A stretch of 64,000 bases of DNA from a virus, in the IMG/VR virus record IMGVR_UViG_3300035183_000373, positions 5,658 to 69,657 of that record; one strand, 5' to 3'. The notes beneath the pieces were generated by a model that was not told the origin of the DNA, searched no databases, and saw only the letters and a list, made by a program, of their open reading frames with translations. Of the stretch, positions 38,917 to 50,123 are shown in pieces. Each line of letters starts with the position of its first letter. Position 1 is the stretch's first letter. A program made the position numbers and the translations under genes.

Positions 38917-41900
38917 TTTTTTAATTGATTATTTAATATATACCATGCGTCTGATTCTGCTTTTAATTTTAATGACTCTACATCAATGGATATGTTGAAT
39001 TGTTGCCTAAGAAAATTTATAGAAGTAAGTGCATCAATTTTATCTTCATAATCACCATTTATTATATATAAAATACTATTTGATATTGCATGAATACAAT
39101 ATTTAAGCATATCATACTTTCCACCAAAATGTAACGCATCAGAATTTACACGATTTTTTAAAATTATTAAATCATTATATGTGTTTTTTAATAATTCTAA
39201 ATTTGAACTTGTTCTTTCAAATATATATTTTTTTGCAATTTTTAATACTTTTCTAATATTAAAATCTTTTTTAACAAAAGATTTATTTTCACAAATAGGT
39301 ATTAATTCTTCTAAACAATATAATAACCAAAGAGAATCTACAATTATCTCTGTAGGAACTTCTGACGGAAATACGTTTAATATATTAGCAAATTTTCCAA
39401 TGTCATTATATATTTTTAATAATTTTGGTGTTAAATATTGAAATGCATTACGTTTAGCTTTTAATTTTAATCCATCGTAATCTAAGTTCTCATTAGCTAT
39501 CAATGCATATTTACGAGATTGGTCTACACGAGCCGTATCTCCATAATTTGAAACTGAAATACCTAAATATCCTGCTGCGTTTGCTATAGCATAACATGTA
39601 TTAGAATTACGTATTTTATGCGACCTATCTAATGCTAATTCACCCTGTAATATAGCATCATTATAATTATCTGTTGTAGGATTATTTAACCACTTATATA
39701 CACTTCTAATTACATTTTTTACTGTTTCATCATTAGGAAATACACTTTCGTACAAAGGTAATAATGATTCTACACAATATAATGCATGTAATAAATTAAC
39801 TAAAGGTTCAGGTAAAAGTTTAGGTAATGAATTAAGTATATTAGAAAATTTAATTGAAGAAACACTATTTAATTTGTTTATTAATTGTTTATTCGATGAA
39901 AATACTAATAAATCTTCATTAATATTTAATAATTTATCAATGTTAGATTTCCCTTTTAGTGGTAAAAATGCTGGTTGAATTTGGTCTATTGAAAATGGTA
40001 TATATGTCCAATCTATTTTTCCTCTAGTACCACGTTCATATTTATTTTTATATGCTATTCCATCATAACCAAATCTTTTAAGTAATAGTTTTAATTCCCT
40101 ATTATTCTTTGGATAAGGAACAATATTTCCATATCTATCAACATATTTACTATTAATTTCATATCCATATTCATCTTCCTCTCCTGGTATATATTTTAAT
40201 ATTTTACGTTTTACTAATGCATCCATAATTTCTTGAATTTCCCAAGTACCTACATCTGGAAGATATAATGGATTTTTAATATTTAAAAATACTGGATGAA
40301 TATTAGGTGCATATTTAATTTCTTTATTATAATTATCATTATAATAAACAGGAACATTTTCTATAAATTTGATAGCTTTTGGTCTATCTGACCATTGTTC
40401 TCTCTTCTTTAATATTATATTTGATTGTTCTACAGGACCAAAATGAAATCCTATTTCTTTGGTTTTCCTTGGATTAAATTCTTCAAAAATAAACGGAGTA
40501 CCATGAAATACTGGTTTTAAACTACCATCTTCATATCGAACTACACTATCTTTAAATGCTTCTTCTACAGAAGGATGTGGTTTTATATCTCTAACATCTG
40601 AAAATTTAGGTGAAGACACTTTTGTTATATTTGTAAATAATAGTCTTGACTCTTTTTTTCTAGGTAGTTCTTTAATCAATTCATTTGCTTCATCGATATA
40701 GTTAGTAGGTACAGTAATATAACCGCCAGTATCATCAACTGGAATACCATGTTCTTTCAAATATTTCACTACAAATTTTATATCATAATCTTCATCCAAA
40801 TCAACAGCTTCTTCAATACCTGACCAATCTATTTTATTTTTCTCAGGATTAAACATTAAACGGCTTCTTTCTCTTGCTATAGCATATCCTTCAGGCGAAA
40901 TTACCTCAGTAAAAACACTGTAATTACCAATACCAAATTTACCATTTAAATAAGAAATAAGAGCTTCTTGCATAAATTTACCAAGACCTTGGTTACGATA
41001 CGCAGCTTTAACAGTTGTCTCAAGTATATAAACTTTATTCCTAATTATTTCAAAATAAAGACTACCTATTACTTTCCCATCGTATATTGCTTCTATATGA
41101 TTTAAAACATGGTTCGTTTTGAAAATAAGTCGTAACTTCGACCAATCAATAATTTTCTTTCTTACTGAGGTTTTTAGAGATGCATCAATTTCCATATCCG
41201 AATCAAACACTCTAATAATATTCGAGAATTTTAATGATGTTATTACTTTATTAAGGTCTTCCTCTTTATCCATAACATGATGCTCTAATGCTATCTCTGG
41301 GTCAATTCCTGGTTCATCGACAATTAATTTCTCTGGGTCAAACATCAAAGACCTACGATAATCAAGCATTTTCTGTCCTTTTGGAGTTAAAGCTCCACTT
41401 ACAATATAGTAATTGTCTACGCCAAATAATCCATTTAGATAACTAATAAATGCTTCTTGTAATTTTTTTCCTATTCCTTTATTTGCATATCTAGGATTAA
41501 CTAATACAACAGTATGACCTATAACTGGTAAACCTTTATATTTTACATCAAGAATCTGAAATCCCATTACACCAATAATTTTTTCTTTATATTTCGCTAC
41601 AATACCTTCTGTATCTGAAGGATAGTCTAAATGTATATTTGAACGATTTACCCATGGTAAATTCGATAATTCATTAAATTCACTTGCTGGAACTACTTCA
41701 TAACGAATTTCATTTATAATATTTGAAAATTTAAGTGAAGAAAAAATTGTATTTCTATAGTCTTCAATAATATTTTTTATAATTAACAATTTATTTAATA
41801 CTTTATTAGAAGATATATTAATAATATTCCAAACATTTATTTGTTTATCTTCTTTTTCTTTTTTAAAGTCTTGTTCTATAACATGATATAAATGACCAAT

Positions 41901-42542
41901 ATCCCATCCAGAATATGCACAGTTCCATGTTATGTTTTGAAATAAATCAGAAAATTTTGGTTCTATTATTAAGTAATCATTACCTCTTACATAATCATCA
42001 CTCCAATTTATATTAATTTTATCATTTGGTAATGCTTCATTAACTTTATTTCTTATATTATTTATGAAATTTTTTTTATCTTCTTCGTTTGTAAAATCAA
42101 TTTTAAATGAATACTTTCCTTTATAAATAGAATGTAAATCTAAAAAGTTGATTAATTTTTCATATTCTTTATTTGCTAACCATTCATAATTAACATCAAT
42201 TGTATTCAATACATTCGATATGTTTTTTAAATAAGAGTGGCTTTTTATTCTTAATTTAAGATTGGGAGGTAAATATCTATTAAAAAAAGAAACATAATAT
42301 GGTATATTTTGAAGTATACCAGATACATATTCTTCTATTACATATCCTTGTAATAAATAAAGGTCATCTCCTGTATGTCTGTATTTGGACATATTTTGTT
42401 CAATAAAATCTTTAGTAGATTTATTAAAATACGGTAACCGTTCTCTTCCAATGTAAGAAACAAATTCTTGCATAAGAGGAACTGGCATAGCTACTTTTTG
42501 TAAATCATTATATTTAGTAATATTTTTAAATGTTAAAAACAT
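38913..42542 (-). CDS. polyvalent multi-domain protein (2 GNAT, ADP-ribosyltransferase-like, 2 Imm5-like)
   Basis: VNPRYANKGIGKKL and VKAAYRNQGLGKFM GNAT motif A; SVVRYEDGSLKPVFHGT...GFHFG...VFLNIKNPL...GYDGI; modules start at KFSNII/KFSNIL/KFANIL/LFTNIT. Confidence 0.8.
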   Translation of the reverse strand: MFLTFKNITKYNDLQKVAMPVPLMQEFVSYIGRERLPYFNKSTKDFIEQNMSKYRHTGDDLYLLQGYVIEEYVSGILQNIPYYVSFFNRYLPPNLKLRIKSHSYLKNISNVLNTIDVNYEWLANKEYEKLINFLDLHSIYKGKYSFKIDFTNEEDKKNFINNIRNKVNEALPNDKININWSDDYVRGNDYLIIEPKFSDLFQNITWNCAYSGWDIGHLYHVIEQDFKKEKEDKQINVWNIINISSNKVLNKLLIIKNIIEDYRNTIFSSLKFSNIINEIRYEVVPASEFNELSNLPWVNRSNIHLDYPSDTEGIVAKYKEKIIGVMGFQILDVKYKGLPVIGHTVVLVNPRYANKGIGKKLQEAFISYLNGLFGVDNYYIVSGALTPKGQKMLDYRRSLMFDPEKLIVDEPGIDPEIALEHHVMDKEEDLNKVITSLKFSNIIRVFDSDMEIDASLKTSVRKKIIDWSKLRLIFKTNHVLNHIEAIYDGKVIGSLYFEIIRNKVYILETTVKAAYRNQGLGKFMQEALISYLNGKFGIGNYSVFTEVISPEGYAIARERSRLMFNPEKNKIDWSGIEEAVDLDEDYDIKFVVKYLKEHGIPVDDTGGYITVPTNYIDEANELIKELPRKKESRLLFTNITKVSSPKFSDVRDIKPHPSVEEAFKDSVVRYEDGSLKPVFHGTPFIFEEFNPRKTKEIGFHFGPVEQSNIILKKREQWSDRPKAIKFIENVPVYYNDNYNKEIKYAPNIHPVFLNIKNPLYLPDVGTWEIQEIMDALVKRKILKYIPGEEDEYGYEINSKYVDRYGNIVPYPKNNRELKLLLKRFGYDGIAYKNKYERGTRGKIDWTYIPFSIDQIQPAFLPLKGKSNIDKLLNINEDLLVFSSNKQLINKLNSVSSIKFSNILNSLPKLLPEPLVNLLHALYCVESLLPLYESVFPNDETVKNVIRSVYKWLNNPTTDNYNDAILQGELALDRSHKIRNSNTCYAIANAAGYLGISVSNYGDTARVDQSRKYALIANENLDYDGLKLKAKRNAFQYLTPKLLKIYNDIGKFANILNVFPSEVPTEIIVDSLWLLYCLEELIPICENKSFVKKDFNIRKVLKIAKKYIFERTSSNLELLKNTYNDLIILKNRVNSDALHFGGKYDMLKYCIHAISNSILYIINGDYEDKIDALTSINFLRQQFNISIDVESLKLKAESDAWYILNNQLKK

Positions 42543-42549
42543 AAACTTA

Positions 42550-45500
42550 TTAATAGTAAATATTTAAGTAATCTAATACTTTTCTAGGATTAGAAAATGT
42601 CCTATATTCACCATCAATGTCTAAAGAAACAATTTTATTAGATGATAAAAGTGATAAATAATATATTAATGCATCTTTAGCTTTAGTATAATTTACAACT
42701 TCAATAGTAGAACCAACAACTCTAATCCAACCTAATCTCAGTAACAATTTTAAAGATTCACTATCATATTCATCAACATTTTCAGTTTTTGATAAAAATT
42801 GTTTTAAACGAGGATTATTTAATACTATTTTATTTGCCAATTGAATATGAGTTTCATTATCTCCAACTTGATATAATTCACCACTTGGACTTATCAAACC
42901 ATAAAAATTTTCTACATAAGATAATCTTACATTTTCTATATATTCTAATGCTTCATTTGGAGATTTAAATAATAAAGGTTTATTTTCTATATCAATAAAG
43001 ACACTTTTATTTGGTGGCAATAAAGATAAATATTCAATTAGTGAATCTTTAGCTTTTTTATAATTACCAATTTCTATATTTTCTCCATCTATTCTTAGCC
43101 AACCCATATTTAAAAGAATATAATTCGCTTTATATAGTTCAGATATTTTTTCTTTATATTTTAATTTATTTTTTAATATATCTACAGCAAGTTGGGCATG
43201 TGTCATTAAAATATCATTGATAGCATAATATTCACCTTCTGGACTCATCCATCCATAAAATGAAGAAAAAGTTTTAATACTACTATTTACTATTTTATTA
43301 TTTTTACTATTTTCTAAAAAGTAATCTATGTTAGTATAATAATAATCAAGTGATGCTTTTTGTTTTTTAAAATTGTATTTACAAAATAAAACTATATAAT
43401 CATCATTAGTAATAAGTCTATCTCCAATAAATTTATATTTAGAATTCAATGCATATTTTTTAACAGCTTGTTTATATGGAAGTGCATTTATTATGTGTAC
43501 ATAAATATAATCTCCTATATCTTTAAAATAAAAAAACCATCTATCGGAATTTTTAATCAATGTTTTATTAAATAAATCTATAATGTTACTACCATTTTTA
43601 GTAAATGGTTTAAAAAGATGATTCAAGAAATAGTCTAATGAAGACCAAGAGTAATATCTATCATCGCATATATAATAAATTACAATATATTCATTATTTT
43701 TTCTTATGGAATTAAATTTTTCTTTTTTATCAAATTCATCACAATGTAAATTTAATATATCTAAATTATAATTTTTATTCTTTGCATCTTGATATTTCAT
43801 AATATCATCTATAGTAACATCTACATTAAAACTGCCATGTTTTGTATCAAAACGTAAATACCAATATTTTGTATTGATAAGTAAATCTTTATTAAAATAA
43901 TCTACTATACTAGATTGTTTATTAAATCTTTTATCAACCACAGCATGCTGTAAAAAATAATCTAATGATGTCCAAGAAAGTAAAGAACCTAAATAAAGAA
44001 TTACTACATTCTTATCTTTTTCTTGAATATCTTTTATTATTTCATCTATATTGTTATAGGTAGTAATAAAATTTGTTTTGTTTAATTTATATATTTTTAT
44101 AGCTTTTGAATATGGAAGTACATTTAAACCACGAAATTCAAGTTCAACGTTTTTATCAGTAAACGGTAATACTAATTTCCAAAATTCATTTTGTAAAAAA
44201 TGTTCTTTAGTAAAATGATTTAATATATTAGAATACTTTTTTTTATTATAAATAAATTCATTCTCTGGATATAACCATGAAATATGTTGTTGTTGTGCTG
44301 CACTTATCTTTTGAACATGAATCTTAATATATCTTGGATATTGTTCATATGTCCCATAAACAATTGGAGGATAATGTTCTCCCTCCAATTCTGAATTAAA
44401 TTGATTAGCAGTTATATCAACAATATTACCATCAACTTCCACCCAGTAATGCAGTGGGGTATACATTTCGGACTCCATTTCCTCATCCGAATTAAAATCC
44501 TCACTATTCCAAGTTTCATATTTAGAATAATCGGGTTTATCAATAATAAATTTACCAATTACAAGATATACATTCTTATAACCTTCTTGTTTAAGTGCCA
44601 ACGCTAATTTTCTAGAACATTCAAGACACATTGCAGTGAAATCAGCATAGTAATCATTAGCACGGATAATATCATTTTGTACTTCCTCTGCTATTTCTTC
44701 TACTGATTTACGAATATTTGAAGTCTTTGATGTATGTTTTGTGAACTTATTATAATTATCAAAATTTTCTATAAATTTATCTAATGCTATTATCATATAA
44801 TTAAGTTTTTTATTTCTTCTATATCTTCCAAATACAACTATTGCTTCTTCATCTTCAAATAAATATTTTTTAGAAAAATCAATATATAATAATGTATTAT
44901 TTTTATTAACATAATAAATACCATCAGAAATATAATAATTGTGTATTTCATCATTAATAATATTTTTTAAACTACTTACTTTTATTACTTCAAAATCAGA
45001 ATTTCTACCCAATAATTTTTTAAATTCAGGTGTTTTAGGTACATAAATATTGTTAAATTGCTCTAAAATATTTGATTCTTTGATTGAAGAATAAGTACGA
45101 AAATCATCTATGTGTTCTATAGCTTCATTAGCATCTATAAATGCTCTAGCATCACCAGAAACTTCCATATATATTGATACATTTTTTGGTAAAAACGAAA
45201 GATACATAATAAGAGAATCTTTAGCTTTTCTCAAATTATGAATTTCTATATTTATCATCTGATAATTTAATTTAGCTACACGTATCCATCCAATTTTTAG
45301 TAAAAATGAAACTGGGTCTATTCTATGATAATACTTTTCTAAGTATTCTTGTAACGCTTTATTATTTTTTATTATCTCTTGCGCAGTTATAAAATGAGAT
45401 TGTGTAACTGAATAAGCATCCCCATTTGGAGAAATCCACAAATCTCCTGTAGGATAAGAACTTTGTTTTTCTTGTTTTTTTAAAGGAATAAAATTTTTAT

Positions 45501-48500
45501 AAAAATCATTTAATGATAACATTAAGTAATATTGTATAGTAGGTTTAATTCCATAAAGTCCAATAACAAATATTTCATTATCTGGAAAACAATTTTTAAT
45601 ATCGGAAATACGATATAAATTAAATGTATTACCACCTTCATAATAATACACAGTCATTGATTGTGGATTAGTTTTTAATAATTCATCTATTATATTATCC
45701 TTTTTTCCAACACTAACTGTAACAAAGGTTAATTGTTTATTTGTTTTTATGAACTTTTTAAATACATTATATTTAGGCACAAATTCAGAATAATTAAAAT
45801 CTAAATAATTAACAATACTTGAACTTTTTTTATTTACAACAGGAACAAAATATTTTTTAAATTCATCAATAGGAATTACTATATATTTTTGTCTATAAAA
45901 TATTAACGCTAATTTTTCATTGTCATCTATTGACAAATCTTTAATGTAATCAACAACTAGTATACCAGATAATAAATTATCAAAAACATGTACATATAAA
46001 TCTGGAAATGCAGATTCAAGATATTTTTTTGTTCCTATATCAAGTAAATCTACTATAGTATTATCTTGTATAAAGAATAATTGTATTGCTCCTTTTTTAG
46101 GTCCTATATATTTAAAAGTGCTAGGTATATGGTCTAATATATTACTGTAATTACTTACAGAAGAATTTTTATAAGATTTTTTTATTTTCACTGGAACGAA
46201 ATATTTATTAAATTCATCTAAAGTAGCTACAATAAAAAAATAACGCTTAAATATTAATAAAACAATTTTTTCATTTTCGTTAAAAGGTAATAAATCAATA
46301 TTATGATATGCTTGTAATTTATTATTTTCTATAATATCTTTTAAATAATAAACTGGAAACCATGTAGGTAATATAAATTTAAGGTCTTTTTTACTATTAA
46401 TAAAATTGTGTAATATTATTTTTGTACGATTATTTAAATAATCTGTTTTAGGTCCTACATATTTATAGTATTTAGTTAATAAATAATTTAATATATTTGA
46501 ATATCTATAAGATTTTCTTCTTTTTACTGGAACGAAATATTTGTTAAATTCATCGATAGAAAGTACTACAGATTTTTGTCGATAAAATATTAATACCAAA
46601 TTTTCATTATCATCTATTGGTAAATCTTTAATATAATTAAGAGAGAATTTATTAGATAATAAATCATCAAAAAAATATACATATAAATTTGGAAATTTTG
46701 ATTCAAGATATTTTTTTGTTCCTATATCTTCTATATTAGAAAAGTATATTATAATATTCTTTTGATTAAAGAAGAATTGTATTATTCCTTTTTTAGGTCC
46801 TATATATTTAAAAGAATTAGGTATATTGTCTAGTATATTACTGTGGTGGGAGATGTCTTGTTCTATTTCTATATTTGATTTTTTAATATCTACATTACTT
46901 ACAGAAGAATTTTTATAATATTTTCTTCTTTTCACTGGAACAAAATATTTATTAAAATCATTTAAAGTAGCTACAATAAAAAAATAATGCTTAAAATGAT
47001 GTTTAAATATTACTAATTTTTCATTATTATCTATTGGTAAGTCTTTAATATAATTAAAATACATTTCACCAGATGACCAATCATCAAGAATACTTATATA
47101 TAAATTTGGAAATTTTGATTCAAGATATTTTTTTGTTCCTATATCAAGTAAATCTACTATAGTATTATCTTCTTTAAACAATAATTGCATTGCTCCATTT
47201 TTAGGTCCTATATATTTAAAAGAATTAGGTATATAGTCTAATATGTTACTATGATGGGATATATTTTGTGATACATTACTTACAGAAGATTGGGACGTAT
47301 TATTATTAATTATATAATTATTAAATTCTTCTTCAGTAGCAATTAAATAATGACTAAAAGTGCCTTCAATTTGTCTATATATTAATAATAATATTAATTG
47401 TTGTTCTTCATCTGGATATGGAGCATATTCTATTTCATGTAATAATTGAGTATCTTTTAATATATAACTTATTGGTAATACTTTAATACCATGATGTCTT
47501 TCAGATAATTCTCTTTTAGTACCTTTATCAATTACTTTACAGTATTCAAATTTATATATTGTATTATCAAAAATTTTATTAGTTAATTGAATAGTATCTG
47601 CAATAGTAAAATATCTATAAAAATCTTCCACACTAGCGATAATATGAAAATCTCTATTTCTACAAGACAAAACAACTATGACATCAGTATCATCATATTT
47701 ATTTAAATTTAATAGTACATTTCCACTATAATCAATTAAATTGTGTATATCTATAAATTTTAATAAGTTCAATCGGTGAATTATATTATTTATTGAATTT
47801 TTGTTTCCTATAAACTGTATATAAAAATGTTGCTTCGCTGGTATTGAAAAGCGTATTAAAGTATTCTTAAAATGCGTAATATATTCAGACTTTATTTGAT
47901 ATTTATTAGTTTCTAATCCTAATTGATGTTCTAATATATTTGAATATTTATAAGATTTTTTTATTTTTACTGGAACGAAATATTTATTAAATTCATTAAT
48001 AGGAATTACTATGTATCTTTGTCGAAGTATTAACGCTAATTTTTCATTGTCATCTATTGACAAATCTTTAATGTAATCAATAGAGAATATACCAGATAAT
48101 AAATCATCAAAAACACTTACATATAAATTTGGAAATGCAGATTCAAGATATTTTTTTGTTCCTATATCAATTAAGTCTACTATAGTATTCTTTTGATTAA
48201 AGAAGAATTGTATGAATTCTTTTTTAGGTCCTATATATTTAAAAGTGTTAGGTATATAGTCTAATATGTTACTATGATGAGATATGTTTTGTGATACATT
48301 ACTTACAGAAGAATTTTTATAAGATTTTTTTATTTTCACTGGAACGAAATATTTATTAAATTCATCTAAAGTAGCTACAACATAAAAATGACGTTTAAAT
48401 ATTACTAATTTTTCATTATCATCTACTGGTAAATCTTTAATATAACTAAGATACATTTCATTAGATGGCCAACTATCAAAAACCTCTACATATAAATTTG

Positions 48501-48735
48501 GAAATTTTGATTCAAGATATTTCTTTGTTCCTATATCAATTAAATCTACTATTAAATCTAATTTTGTAAACAATACTTGCAATATTCCCTTTCTAGGTCC
48601 TATATATTTAAAAGTGCTAGGTATATGGTCTAATATATTACTGTAATGGTGTACATTTCGTACTATTTCTAAATCAATAGTATCATTATCTACTTTTGTA
48701 GAATGTGAATATGGATTATCCTTTAGGTCTTGCAT
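42550..48735 (-). CDS. 2061-aa modular polyprotein-like protein
   Basis: 10 SNI[LI] motifs; about 6 copies of an FKYIGP...FVPVK domain; 3 copies of a (W/L)[IM]SPxG...H...GW[IL]R domain; a Cys...HYWVEVDGNIVDIT transglutaminase-like domain. Confidence 0.8.
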   Translation of the reverse strand: MQDLKDNPYSHSTKVDNDTIDLEIVRNVHHYSNILDHIPSTFKYIGPRKGILQVLFTKLDLIVDLIDIGTKKYLESKFPNLYVEVFDSWPSNEMYLSYIKDLPVDDNEKLVIFKRHFYVVATLDEFNKYFVPVKIKKSYKNSSVSNVSQNISHHSNILDYIPNTFKYIGPKKEFIQFFFNQKNTIVDLIDIGTKKYLESAFPNLYVSVFDDLLSGIFSIDYIKDLSIDDNEKLALILRQRYIVIPINEFNKYFVPVKIKKSYKYSNILEHQLGLETNKYQIKSEYITHFKNTLIRFSIPAKQHFYIQFIGNKNSINNIIHRLNLLKFIDIHNLIDYSGNVLLNLNKYDDTDVIVVLSCRNRDFHIIASVEDFYRYFTIADTIQLTNKIFDNTIYKFEYCKVIDKGTKRELSERHHGIKVLPISYILKDTQLLHEIEYAPYPDEEQQLILLLIYRQIEGTFSHYLIATEEEFNNYIINNNTSQSSVSNVSQNISHHSNILDYIPNSFKYIGPKNGAMQLLFKEDNTIVDLLDIGTKKYLESKFPNLYISILDDWSSGEMYFNYIKDLPIDNNEKLVIFKHHFKHYFFIVATLNDFNKYFVPVKRRKYYKNSSVSNVDIKKSNIEIEQDISHHSNILDNIPNSFKYIGPKKGIIQFFFNQKNIIIYFSNIEDIGTKKYLESKFPNLYVYFFDDLLSNKFSLNYIKDLPIDDNENLVLIFYRQKSVVLSIDEFNKYFVPVKRRKSYRYSNILNYLLTKYYKYVGPKTDYLNNRTKIILHNFINSKKDLKFILPTWFPVYYLKDIIENNKLQAYHNIDLLPFNENEKIVLLIFKRYFFIVATLDEFNKYFVPVKIKKSYKNSSVSNYSNILDHIPSTFKYIGPKKGAIQLFFIQDNTIVDLLDIGTKKYLESAFPDLYVHVFDNLLSGILVVDYIKDLSIDDNEKLALIFYRQKYIVIPIDEFKKYFVPVVNKKSSSIVNYLDFNYSEFVPKYNVFKKFIKTNKQLTFVTVSVGKKDNIIDELLKTNPQSMTVYYYEGGNTFNLYRISDIKNCFPDNEIFVIGLYGIKPTIQYYLMLSLNDFYKNFIPLKKQEKQSSYPTGDLWISPNGDAYSVTQSHFITAQEIIKNNKALQEYLEKYYHRIDPVSFLLKIGWIRVAKLNYQMINIEIHNLRKAKDSLIMYLSFLPKNVSIYMEVSGDARAFIDANEAIEHIDDFRTYSSIKESNILEQFNNIYVPKTPEFKKLLGRNSDFEVIKVSSLKNIINDEIHNYYISDGIYYVNKNNTLLYIDFSKKYLFEDEEAIVVFGRYRRNKKLNYMIIALDKFIENFDNYNKFTKHTSKTSNIRKSVEEIAEEVQNDIIRANDYYADFTAMCLECSRKLALALKQEGYKNVYLVIGKFIIDKPDYSKYETWNSEDFNSDEEMESEMYTPLHYWVEVDGNIVDITANQFNSELEGEHYPPIVYGTYEQYPRYIKIHVQKISAAQQQHISWLYPENEFIYNKKKYSNILNHFTKEHFLQNEFWKLVLPFTDKNVELEFRGLNVLPYSKAIKIYKLNKTNFITTYNNIDEIIKDIQEKDKNVVILYLGSLLSWTSLDYFLQHAVVDKRFNKQSSIVDYFNKDLLINTKYWYLRFDTKHGSFNVDVTIDDIMKYQDAKNKNYNLDILNLHCDEFDKKEKFNSIRKNNEYIVIYYICDDRYYSWSSLDYFLNHLFKPFTKNGSNIIDLFNKTLIKNSDRWFFYFKDIGDYIYVHIINALPYKQAVKKYALNSKYKFIGDRLITNDDYIVLFCKYNFKKQKASLDYYYTNIDYFLENSKNNKIVNSSIKTFSSFYGWMSPEGEYYAINDILMTHAQLAVDILKNKLKYKEKISELYKANYILLNMGWLRIDGENIEIGNYKKAKDSLIEYLSLLPPNKSVFIDIENKPLLFKSPNEALEYIENVRLSYVENFYGLISPSGELYQVGDNETHIQLANKIVLNNPRLKQFLSKTENVDEYDSESLKLLLRLGWIRVVGSTIEVVNYTKAKDALIYYLSLLSSNKIVSLDIDGEYRTFSNPRKVLDYLNIYY

Positions 48736-48968
48736 ATTAATTATTTTTATTTAATATATGAAAATTCCTCCTATACACAATAAATATAGAGGTTAATAAT
48801 TAAAATTTTTCCACTTAAAAGAAAAAATTTAGGAGAAAAAAGGGGTGAAAATTATAGGTAAGAAAAAATTAAACTATATTGTCAGTATGTTTTGTTGGGA
48901 TAGATTATACATTTATAACCTTTAAATATCAAAAAAAAATACATCGTTTATTATTACATTATTTATAA

Positions 48969-49241
48969 TTATACAATCCATATTAAACTTCCTTTACCAT
49001 TACCATTACCATTTGAATTACCATAACCATTACCCATACCACAACCTTTAGTGGAACTAAACCCTATTGTTGCTCCATATCCTCTACCATTTCCAGAAGC
49101 ATAATAATATCCAATAAAATTACTACATCCATTACCATGTCCGTTACCATATTCATTTCCATAATTTTGAATATAACCATTACCTAAGCCATCAGTATCA
49201 AAAAAATAATATCCAATTAAATATTTTAAATCAATTTTCAT
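48969..49241 (-). CDS. Gly-X repeat peptide
   Basis: GNGYG-type core. Confidence 0.65.
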   Translation of the reverse strand: MKIDLKYLIGYYFFDTDGLGNGYIQNYGNEYGNGHGNGCSNFIGYYYASGNGRGYGATIGFSSTKGCGMGNGYGNSNGNGNGKGSLIWIV

Positions 49242-49265
49242 AATTTATTATATAATAATTCACTG

Positions 49266-49586
49266 TTATGATTTCATTGTAATATATAAAATTTTATTAT
49301 AACTTTGAATATCATAATATATAATATTATTAATGTGTATATTTCCTAATCCATTACCACTTTCTTTATAATTGACACTACATCCATCTTCATTAAAATA
49401 TTCATTAAGTTTTTTAATTTTATTTCCGCTACTATTTCCATATCCATTAAGAAATATATTTCCATTTCCGTATCCATTTCCATTATTGTATCCAACAATA
49501 CCACAACCACATCCATTAGGATATAAGGAATAAATTATATTAATAATATTATCAAATGAAAATATTGTTATATTTTTATCAATCAT
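49266..49586 (-). CDS. Gly-X repeat peptide
   Basis: NITIFSFD leader; close paralog of the adjacent gene. Confidence 0.65.
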   Translation of the reverse strand: MIDKNITIFSFDNIINIIYSLYPNGCGCGIVGYNNGNGYGNGNIFLNGYGNSSGNKIKKLNEYFNEDGCSVNYKESGNGLGNIHINNIIYYDIQSYNKILYITMKS

Positions 49587-49599
49587 TGTATTTAAAATT

Positions 49600-49866
49600 T
49601 CAAATAATTTTACTTATTTTATTATATCCATAAATATTAAAATATATGCATCCAGTATCATTAAAATATTCATTTAATCTATTTGCATTATTTCCATCAC
49701 CATTTCCATATCCATTACAAAACATATTTCCATTACCAAAACCATTGCCTTCCCAATTATTGCAATCTTTATCTCCATATCCATTACCATTAGGATAGTA
49801 AAAATAAATTTTATCAATAAAATTGTCAAAAGATATTATTTCTATATTTTTATTCATGGCATTCAC
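49600..49866 (-). CDS. Gly-X repeat peptide
   Basis: NIEIISFD leader, GNGYG core. Confidence 0.65.
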   Translation of the reverse strand: MNAMNKNIEIISFDNFIDKIYFYYPNGNGYGDKDCNNWEGNGFGNGNMFCNGYGNGDGNNANRLNEYFNDTGCIYFNIYGYNKISKII

Positions 49867-49880
49867 TATATAAAGTAATT

Positions 49881-50123
49881 TTAATAGCCATTACCATAAC
49901 CATCACCATATTCATATCCATCACCATATCCATCTCCATAACAATCACCATATACATAACCATCACCATATCCACAACCATCACCATAACCATATCCGTT
50001 ACCATATCCATAACCATATCCGTAATCATCTCCATATGCATTTCCGAAACCATTACTTTTATTATAATTTTGATACCAGTTACTATCAGGATAGTATGGC
50101 TCTTCAAATAAAATTATATTCAT
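49881..50123 (-). CDS. Gly-X repeat peptide
   Basis: MNIILFEE leader, long GYG/GDG core. Confidence 0.7.
   Translation of the reverse strand: MNIILFEEPYYPDSNWYQNYNKSNGFGNAYGDDYGYGYGYGNGYGYGDGCGYGDGYVYGDCYGDGYGDGYEYGDGYGNGY

Noticed and set aside
782-44607. Plus-strand ORFs antisense to long minus-strand genes (for example 782-1102, 1367-1801, 9233-9487, 27709-27984, 39181-39441)
   Set aside because: Shadow ORFs without RBS or recognisable motifs, fully overlapping well-supported genes.
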